The position numbers and the translations under genes were made by a program. Below the pieces are notes generated by a model. That model did no database searches and was not told the origin of the DNA. It saw only the letters and a list, made by a program, of their open reading frames with translations. DNA of 35,463 bases, from assembly GCA_000934665.2 (NCBI GenBank), contig JYFJ02004027.1:1-35463 (forward strand). Direction: 5' to 3'. The DNA comes from Catajapyx aquilonaris (Eukaryota). Positions 12,801-22,827 of the stretch are shown here, piece after piece; within the stretch, counting starts at the first letter, position 1; each line of letters opens with the position of its first letter.

Positions 12801-13340
12801 CAAAAGCTTGTATTGGTCATCTTGACAGTTTGAAGGCAAAATATAACTCTACCTTCAATGAATTCATATTCACTCTACAGCTCCCAAGCTTCAGTCCAAT
12901 ATTATTTCAACAATGTCAGTCATGCATTCACAAATCACAACGAATCTCCAAGATGTGCACTATCAGACTATTCTCAGGAAGTAGCACATTTGTCTCTGTG
13001 GCCTCCTTCTAAACAGCCTAAACAGCGCCGAGACCAAATAAAGACCCCTCAGGGTCCCATTTCGCTGAATCTCGCACAGACTACGTTCTGCATACTATCG
13101 CCTATAATAACATTATTGTTTAATGCTAAATATTCCTCAGTAAGATTCCGCATGGTGACATGTTCCACGCCTGTTTTTCAGAACTTGCACATTTCGTCAA
13201 GAAACCTGGACTATATGATGGAAGAGTGTCCCAACCTTAAGAACATCGTGATTAGCCACGTTCCGGACGTGCCCACATTCCACCTAATGCAGAGATACAT
13301 AACCGAAAGGAATTTCGACCTGATCCTCTCAAACGGATGA
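9844..13340 (+). CDS. LRR protein B, about 533 aa, tandem paralogue of A; exons 9844-10020, 10078-10298, 10531-10672, 10786-11097, 11179-11335, 11413-11647, 11809-12007, 13182-13340
   Basis: GT-AG introns with the same phases as gene A; exons 1, 2 and 6 have identical lengths in both genes (177, 221, 235 nt); spliced length 1602 nt, open from ATG to TGA. LRR-like motifs CCPAIEEV, CQHLRHLEL, VCPILKSLTL, TCPVLEVFKV, ECPNLKNIVI. Confidence 0.9.
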
Positions 13341-13377
13341 AACCCTACCTCAAAAACCGGTGGATACTGCACCCCTG

Positions 13378-14973
13378 TTAAATTAAAGTAAACTCAAGCT
13401 CTGGTGCACGTCTATCCTCAGGGAAACCCCCGCAATACAGAGAAACGTCTTTGTAGTAGGCCGCGGGAATCGTAAATCTCTCAACCGTGACGGATTCCAT
13501 TACGGGTACAACTGACCTGGGATTTCGAATCCGGATGTAATTGTACCTGGTACAACCACGTCGGATCACTATACACCCACTCAATTAAGCGCAAATGCTC
13601 CACCCTATGAAACTATTAATAATACAATTTTTTTTAAAAAAATCAAGCCTAATAAATATCACTCACTGATGTATAAGAACTGCTATCAAATGTGTAGCAA
13701 AATTTGGCTGAAAGCATGGACAGAAAAGTGCTCCCTGGAGAGGCTGGAAAAAACTACATCAGCCTAAGGATCGCGTAAACAAGTTGGCCCATTGGCACTT
13801 TCAAACTTTCTGTAAAAAAAACAAAATTCAATTACTAACATGTTTTTCCACAGGAAATCATATTACCTTGCAGATTCAAAGCAGAGATGCGAGGCTGGGC
13901 GCCTCAAGCGTACAAACTGCTGAACTATATAAAAAAAAAGTTTAGCAAATTTACAGCATGTATTGAACCGACAATAAAACTGTACGGTGTATAATTATGA
14001 TCCTGCAGGGAATACCTTTATGCAACCTGCTTTTGAGCACCTCGCAAGTGAAGTGATCAACAATTTTTATTTTCTAAAGGGTCGTTTCATTTCAATAGTA
14101 AACGTCCCTCCGGCGAATTATGGGAATTCTTTGGAAAAAAAAAATGCAACAGACGCTCAGACGGCAAACATTTATGGAATTCACGTTAATTTGACTCGTA
14201 CTTGAATTGTATGGCTGTCTGCATTCCGTGTGTGCAATATATACGGTTAACATTTGCAACATGCCAAATGCAGAACATGCATTATTTTTTCCTCCCCAAT
14301 TCCGTGATACACACTGAACAGTCCAGGCCTCTCTAGTAGGCCTATGCAACTACAGCTACACGCTGTATCTACTTTATCAAGTGCACATATTGCATTAATT
14401 TATATAATGCAATAATTATTATTAGACACTCCTACATTCATAACGCGCATTATTCAAAGTAAACAACAAATGAGTGTCATGTCAACATTTCCTGGGGTAT
14501 TATTAAATTCCGCAGTATATTACGAATGCGTCCGGTGCTGATATTTTTGGTTCCTATAAAAGTCCGGATATCTCCCACTCAACACGTCACACCTGAAGCA
14601 GTCTGTTCACATCACCACCCACCATAATGATGATTTAGGAAACACGTGCTTCCGACATCTTCCGCTGCAATGTGGGGACAGATGCGGTCCTGCCAAAATT
14701 GCCTCTCTGCTCTATACACCCTATAGCACAAAGCACATTATCGAACGTAAGCGTGCTTGTATCGACAGAAGTATTGATTGCAACAAGTCGACATTAATTT
14801 CAAACAACAAATATTCTGATGCCATAGCCCACTGAAATACCACCACAGAGATACAGCTTGAGGACAAAATAAAACGTGCCCATAAATCCATATCCAGCCT
14901 ACTCTCACCATCTGTGCCAACCATTCCTGAGTTGCGCGTAATTCCCATCGTTCCCGACAGATGGGGACGACAT
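13378..14973 (-). pseudogene. Decayed multi-exon gene of unknown family (copy 1); putative exons 14973-14909, 14720-~14524, 14128-14016, 13924-13867, 13743-13667, 13546-13378
   Basis: Run of minus-strand pyrimidine-rich AG acceptors and GT donors (gtgaga, gtattc, gtaata, gtgagt), several phase-compatible. Translated segments share motifs in the same order with 16123-17212. Contains in-frame stops and frameshifts. Confidence 0.45.
13651..13656 (+). terminator. Candidate polyadenylation signal of gene B
   Basis: First AATAAA I found downstream of the gene B stop; an ATTAAA near 13382 is an alternative. Confidence 0.3.
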
Positions 14974-15532
14974 TGGGTCTATGGATAGACCCATTCCAGC
15001 AACAGCACATCATACGTTATAAGGGGTAATGAAACACTGAACCCTTCTTGATATGGAAAATATCCCACAGAACGAGCGGAGACACTCACAGCTCCTTTTA
15101 TGCTCCGGAGTGTTTCACCATAACCGGAAGGATCTCAGGAAGTCGTAATGTGATTCCTAAACTTTCCACTTGACCTTGCCTGAGCTGCGATTTCCGAGGG
15201 AGAAAGAGAGAGGTTGAGAAAAGGCGGAAGCAGTAAAGAGGAAGAGGGCCCCCAAGCTCGTTTCGTTTAAATGTTAATCGCGGGAAGCACTTCCGCTTCA
15301 AAAGAGACTTAGATGGCAATCGGAAACGCCCATCAGCTACTCCTCTTTTTCTGGAGGCATAAACAGCATCAGCATCAAGGAAACGGCCACTCCCACGACG
15401 CAAATATCCGCAAAGACAAACAACTCGGGGCTGCTTCATTTAGGTTGCAAAAGACGCGTCAAAAAAAAAAATCTTGAACAAACACATATCCACTTCTTAT
15501 GCACGAAATCTTCAGAGGGGTTTTTTTTTCTT

Positions 15533-15550
15533 GGGGGGGGGGGGGTGNGG
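15533..15550. repeat. Poly-G tract with an N at 15548
   Basis: Directly visible, next to a poly-T run; possible assembly join. Confidence 0.85.
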
Positions 15551-16122
15551 TGATCCTTATGTTCAGGTTATTACTATCAATGCTTAAGTTTTGATACTGT
15601 GGTTCACGTCATTAATGTTAGTGTTTATTTATTTATTTCTCACTAGAGTCATTCATAGTTTGCTGTCAATATATGACTCAGATATCAGTTTTCAAATTTA
15701 TAGCCACTTGCTGCAACTTAGGCGTACTTGTATTAGTGCATAATATTAATCAGCAGCGTGAATTTGGTGCGCCTATTAATTTATTGGAGTAATTCTTGTT
15801 GGTAGTTTGAACCCCCTGTATATTCTTTAGGCGTGTCATGTAAACCACAGATTCAGCCATAAAGAGATTGTGTTCTGCTCCCATTTTCATAATTATGAAT
15901 TACTCGCTTGTACACAATAATGAAAGCCATGGAATTTATTAGTTTATTTCATGCATCATGAATTTTAACACGATTTGCCCAATAATAGCATGCTGATGCA
16001 AACTGCATTATTGTTATGATAATTATTACCTTCATCAGCCATGCCAGCCATTTATTTTTAGAGCCTTTCTTTCCAGTCCCCAATCAGCAAATAATCATAA
16101 CTGGCCAAACTATTCAATGCAA

Positions 16123-17212
16123 TTATTTTGCGGGGGAATAAACAGGTTGCCAAAAATCAGTTTCAGGATGTATCGATACAGGGTGGTGCAGTATAATCAA
16201 GTCATTGAAATAATGATAAAAATTTATCCACAATTTTGGCCTGATTGCCTTCACATAATCATAATAATTCATATTTCTGTCCAGAAGTGAACCCAATGAA
16301 TTCCGTGTCCAGAGACGGAAGACCAATGGCGTGACAGGCTCGCGGTCATCGTCAGGAAACAATGTACCGGACTGGATATTATATGCAACGGAGTGGCTTT
16401 TTCGGAAAGAAAATGGAACTGAGCTTATCCCGAGTCTTTTAGCGTGATCGTGAAAGTTGACCCTTCGTGACAGAGGTTGCAGGGGGAGATAACGTGCCAC
16501 GCGGACCTGTATATATAGAATGGGCCAGGCTTTTTATTGTGTTATCCACGATTTCGAAATGTCATCTTCTGGATGAAAGGAACTGGAAAGCCCAACGGTG
16601 CAAAAGGCGCTCTTCAAAAGCCACGAATCAAATTTGATTGCAATTTGACGACTTTCTTCCTTCAGAAAAGGCCGGAGGAGGTTTATAGGGATATTAATAC
16701 TAACGTGTTCATAAGATCGTATTCATTCGGCCAGAATAATTTTTGACACAAAACTGGATATAGGCTACACCATGTTCATAATATACATGAGCAGCTAACT
16801 GCATATTCAAATAACTGTTCGGAACATTGTGGTACAGTGTATCGCGCTTCCTCTCCCATGAAAATGTGGGGGGCTTCCCCAAACAACAAAATTCCACAAC
16901 AAGGTGGACCATTATGTACCTGAAAAAAGGGTGGGGGTCATTCACTAACGGCACCAATCATCGTCCTATTATCCTAAAATGATTGCAGAGGGATTGAATT
17001 CGACTGTGGTCACCCTTCTGCATGATAATAATGGGCTTAGAGGACACACCGCTTGGCATCCAATATTCCGGAATTGGACCCTGCTGGCCAAATAATAGAC
17101 CCACCTCTAAAGCAATCTCTGCCACGTATGCACAATGGGACGGAGGTTTATCCGAAAACTAATTTCGGAACTTCTTTTGTGCCTCGCTGAGATAAATATA
17201 TAATAGTACCAC
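16123..17212 (-). pseudogene. Decayed, largely contiguous reading frame of unknown family (copy 2), about 360 codons
   Basis: One frame runs from 17212 to about 16745 (stops at 17159-17161 and 16958-16960). After one frameshift it continues to TAA at 16123 (stops at 16723-16725 and 16534-16536). This joins the listed ORFs 16709..16957 and 16123..16500. Confidence 0.55.
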
Positions 17213-19232
17213 CTGCAGTTATAACAGGGATGCATTGGAAGGAAATCCTATCAACTATTCATATAGGCTCTCCAAAATGTACGGGGTGGCATTTTATGAA
17301 ATTGCTGGGGCCTTATGACAATTATCCTGGTACACTATCTACTCTTCCTCTGCCAAAGCAGATCGGACCTGTTTGGATAATTGCAGGTTCTATAAATTAT
17401 GCCCAGCTTTGCAAATGAAAAGGGTCATCCTGGAATGAAGTTAGCTGAGGCTAGGTCATGTTGGACTGCAAGTTATAATTATGAGGTTACACTCTATAAC
17501 CACCACTTAGGTGTCTCATCAAAATGAATAGTATGATTTTTAATCAGGTGTGTGTAAAAATAAAAGTGCTGAACGATGGTGGAAAAACAAGGGCAACCCA
17601 ATTAAAATCTTGTTCCACACATTCTATTGTAAGGTAATTATATGCGTCAAGTACACTGATGAAAACCACATTCCATCATACACTCATGCCGTGGACTGTA
17701 CTGACCACACATGTAACATTCCGCCAACAAATCAAACATAGCGAATATACTGAAATCAGACGAATCTCCGACCATGCGGAATTTATATGGAATCAATCTT
17801 TGATCCCTCATTTTGATGTGAAGCTCGCTATGTATAACAAGGGCTCATCACTATAGCTTCCCGACAGCAAAACCAACTCGAGCAATCGCCACCGGACAAT
17901 CAAGAATCGATATTCTGTTTATCACTTACTCTTTTGAAATTGGGGGGCCATAATAGAGCAATAATGCGGAACGACGATGGGAATTGAGATTTTGTGGCCT
18001 TTCGTTCAGTGTGACCATGGCTGTGTTATATTTCCTACACCATTTTTTGGATAACGTCCCCCCTTACTGGCCTCACCAAGTTGTCAATGGAAAATACTCT
18101 ATAGGTCGCTGCTCTGTATAATTTAGGCATCCGTCGCTCTGAATTCCGTGGGAATTCCACCACCTTATCCCACCATGGCCCATCAATTTGCCACTAACAG
18201 GTTGGATATAAGGGCGACTGAGGAAGAATAGGACAGGAGACTTCGCAGACAGTGAAGCTGAATGCTTGTTTCTGGTGGTATGACTGGCTCCTTTGTCCCA
18301 TGTAATGTGTATATCTGTCAGCATGTAGGAAGAGAAAACTTGGAGCCACAGTCTATAATATTTCTTAAAAGCACCACAATGGCTTTATGGCTCCTTTTTA
18401 TCCTAATGCACGCGGTTTCGGGGTCGGAGAAAAAACCCCCCAAATAAATAAAGCACGGTGGCCAACTCAACTGCCCATAACAAAGGCTGTTAAAACTTTA
18501 ATCCTGTGCGAGGGCTAAGCAAAGGGGCAGGAGGGAGACGTGTATAGCCAGCAGTAGTTGAGTCGATACTAAGCCAACGGGATGGAGTGACCCGCGCTTT
18601 AGTCTGCTTCCATATGCTGTCGGAATCGGTTCGCAGTATCTGACGCTCTCTCTCATATCCACTAGTTATCTTCGGAGTCTTCCCCCATATTTGACGGATA
18701 CAACAGTGCAAACTTGACTTTTAGAGTCTAGCTCTTGACTGTCAAAAAGTTCGTCTGTCTTGAGAGAAGCTCAGTGAAGTTTGTTGGAAGTTTTGAGAAC
18801 TCTTTCTGGATATGGGATTCTCAGTGAAATTATCCGGCGGTAATAAGGTAGGCTGCAACATCTGAATTTCCCCATGCAAATTAGCACAATGTGTTTTCAA
18901 AGGGCACGCAGTTTGCACCCAATTCTTTTTGTCGCGTCAGGTACAAAAAAAAAGTGTATTTGTCACCCGCCAGAACCGTCACCGACCCTCTAATTACGCT
19001 GCTGTGCCACCAGGAAATTGTCATTTTCACATAGTCAATTATTAATATCACCTGCCTCGCGCCAAGTTTTCCCGGACATGACCTGGGGAAAATTTCATAA
19101 ACGTAAGCATAATGCTTCTATAACCTACCCTAACTCTATCGTTTTAACCCCACCTTATTTTTTTTACGACTAAAATAGAGAGCGATCGAAAACAGGGGGA
19201 ATCTGTACAGGAAATTACCTGTGAGATTGCTC

Positions 19233-19307
19233 AGGAAAAGGAAGTTGCGAACTCCATCCATCCTCAGTGAGCCACTTGGAAAACTCATTTCGCAACCTCC
19301 TTTTCCT
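19233..19307. other. Isolated 75-nt hairpin
   Basis: aggaaaaggaagttgcgaa (19233-19251) pairs with ttcgcaacctccttttcct (19289-19307) at 18/19 positions; 37-nt loop. Confidence 0.7.
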
Positions 19308-22300
19308 TCCGACGCAGCTTAAGCTTTCGTAAGATGGGCCTTACCCTTTAATTCAGCAACTGAGCCCAAACCTCATTTTAATTAAAGGTTTTACAACAGT
19401 TGGGGGTAGCGACAATTGAAAGAGAATTTGACCCTAACTTGTAGGCATCCCGGTGAACAATTGAGGCTCTTTGGTTGCGGATTGGTCAGGATGAGCGGAT
19501 GTCTCCTGTATGTACCGTACAGTACTGTACAAAAAGATTGGCGATACAAACGTGTTTGCTGTAACACTGAAATAATGCTGGGGGATAACGTGAGAAGGCG
19601 CATGTAATTAGACACCATTTTTCTGTATAATTGACGCAAATGCAGTGTACCGCGACGTGGATTTGCAATTAAAGCAACAATACCTAAGTACTTGCACCCC
19701 ATTTTAACGCGGTTTTATAGCCTCTTGACGCATATCAAAGCTTCTTTTATGACGCCAGAAAATGGTTACACACCCGCAATAGTAGCGTGAACGACCTGTA
19801 ACCTGCAGTACAGTTCAAATCAAATTTTTTAAATGTCAAAACCTGCGCATTAAGTCGTACAACGCACATCGCATTACGATTAAAAATACTAATAACATCC
19901 AACTACTTCTGGACGTCAGCTTTGCGTGCGGTTAGAAGCAAATCCCTAGTTGATGGCAGCAGACAAATTTGTTTTTCCCTCGGTTTTCTGCCTAACTAGA
20001 TCCTCTCTTTTCTAGTGGCGGAAGAGGCAAAATAATACATCCATAGAGTCCCCCATCAGTGGCCACCTAATGGTCTTCTCGTCTCCAGTGAATCAAACCA
20101 ATATACTAGAGTAGGGAAGTAGATTAAGCAGGACGCTTAATAATTAAACAGCTTCCTCTATTACCACCAGTCTAGTAATCATCGGAAAGTTAACGCGGAG
20201 ATTTCCATCACTAGGAGCAGCGTATTTATTTTATGCAACCAAATTACACCTTGCACTCGGATGATTCAGGAAGTTAATTTATCTATTGGCCATCTTTTTT
20301 AATTACAATCATAATCATCACCGTAGTAAGTACATCCACTTTATCCAAGAGAGCTTTATAAGCTTCTTTTAAACTGCAATTAATAGTTGTAAAAGTTTCT
20401 TAGGCTTTCATCAACGAAAAATTTCCATAATTACTGTTTACTGCATATGAAATTGACATATCCCAAATTGATCAATACTATTTTATCAAAAATTACGTGG
20501 ATCATGTTGTGATTCCAAACTCGTGCTTATAAAAGTGTTGCAAGAGGAAGATTAATTTTGTTACAAAAATTGATTCGGCAGGAAGGCCTTTCTACGCGCA
20601 ATCCAGAAAATTCTTTTTTAGAACTTTCTCTAAAGCTTCCGTTAGACGGAAGGCAGAGGAAAGTAAATGAGTACATGCAACGGGGGAGGCATTTCATTCT
20701 CCGGGGCAAAGACAAGAGGCGGATCGATAGGGCAGGAAAGAGAGGAGAAGATGGGGGGACCTTTGACCTTAGTGTGAGTCCCACAACTCTACGAATTGTT
20801 TTTCGCTAATTTACTTAAAATCTTTCCCCTTTCTACCGTACGACTCAATTTTCATAGGCTCTTAATTTCGCTTCGAATCCCATTAATTATCCAAACTTCT
20901 GCTCTCTCTGGCTCTGAAGTTTTCCAATTTGTTTATAAATTGCTCATTACGTGCTGCACAAATTGCACGACATGATTGTACTCCACGTGGTCATCGTTAA
21001 GGATTTTGCGATAGAAGAATCAATGTATAGTACCTGGGACTATGATGCATCGTGTGAATATGTGCAGACCTGATCGAAAAATCCGCCTTGTCACTGTGAC
21101 GGAATATTAACATTTAAAGGCCCCGAAAATAAATCGCCAAAAAAGTTATTGTACTACTGCTTATAGAATCGATACTTATTGGTAAATAACGTCGTAGTAT
21201 GCAGGACAGAATTTTTAATAGCACAATTTCTCTATCCATATCATGCGCAAAAGCCAGCAAAAGTTTAGTGCGTTAATCGAATAACCTTTTTATAAATGTC
21301 TCTTAAATGCCATACATAACTGCGCTCGTTCCGGCACCGAAAGGGAAGCTCTCGGTCAAACTCTTACACTGCAATCGATGTGTCGAAACAAAAAGAAAAT
21401 GCAGGTCAAGGTAAATGCCTACAAAATTACACGAACCAATAATTAAAAGACACGCCACTTGTTGAAGTTTTCGCAGGTGCAGCAGTCTATTCGTCAAATG
21501 ACCTAGACCTGGCACGACATAAACCCTTTTTTTCCCTTTGTCTATTTCTGCTTATCTGGCATAATGTGACACTTATGGTACATGCCTGAAGGACTGTTCC
21601 GCCAGCTAAAAATGAATATTTATCATTCCCATCAATGTCAGAGGCACACATGGCATTTAAACATGGCCTCCCGTCGTGCACCTATAGCATGGCATGTACA
21701 CAAGTCTAGCTATTGTTTCCGACAGATTTGAGAGAGTATTGGACTATCTACTATGAACCAGCATAACTCATCAGGCAAATGAGCATTGCCATTCCGTGCA
21801 TTTTCTTCCGTCATGCAACAGCAGCTGATCCTGCTCACGATACCGAATATTTCGTAAAGTGCCGGGACTATCATTACCCCGATTGCATATGTCATGACAG
21901 AGTTCTTTCCATTTAATAGACTGCCTTGCCTCTTTTATCGGGACCCTGCATGTTACACACCGCTACACATCTGATACAACCGGTGCTATTTTTGTATCAC
22001 TGGATCTGTTTCCCTTTTCGGCTTTGATTACTGCATGAAACTGGTCAATTAAGGGTGCAGTATGGGGAGGAACGGCATACTGAGTTTCCCGTGAATAAGT
22101 GAACATTAATTTCGCAAATGGCATTCGGATCGACTCGTAATCGACCAACAAATGTAGCACTTGATTACAAATGTTCACATTACGCCATCCCTAATCGTAA
22201 AATTTCATATCATGATGATCAAACCCAACAAGTATCAAATAGCACAGCGATTTATTTTAAATTTCTAAATTACCTTTACTAATAATTCTGGAGAAAACCT

Positions 22301-22796
22301 CCATGCCCATAAAAATATGCGTACTGGACGGTAATGAAATTGTCCGGCCTCTAATTCAGCCGAAAGCCAAAATAAGCCGCCCCGCATAGTCACCATTTCC
22401 CTCACCGAATTCCACCCACAGCTCTCGGGTTAACGAGAGCGACAGTCTAGACGTATCACAGTCAGGGTAACACCATGAATAAGTGAGGGGATATTACTAT
22501 TTTAAACTAGGGCAAGAAAGCAGTGGAGACTTTCTACCGCGAACGGCCTGAAAAGAATCGACGGAACATACAAAAAAAAAATTGTCCAATGCAATACCTG
22601 TAATTTGGATTGGGTGACACTTTCCGCGGCCTTTTCTCCGATATGGTCTCCTTGGTGATTATGAAACGCATGGGGAATATTGATTTGAATGGAGTGGGTT
22701 TCCGATTAGACCGTGACCAGGTTATGAGGAGCGGCCCATCCTTGTCACATCTACTCTCTAAGTACTTTTTTGTTGCTTCGATATACTGCTGGGCCA

Positions 22797-22827
22797 TCAA
22801 CTTTAACGAGAGTCAACTTTAACGAGA
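22797..22827. repeat. Short tandem duplication, 16-bp period
   Basis: tcaactttaacgaga at 22797-22811 and 22813-22827. Confidence 0.8.

Noticed and set aside
15098..15439. 113-aa minus-strand ORF between the two pseudogene copies
   Set aside because: No motif and no similarity to either copy.
19995..20015. actagatcc resembling miR-279
   Set aside because: The seed does not match (aactaga rather than gactaga) and there is no proper precursor hairpin.
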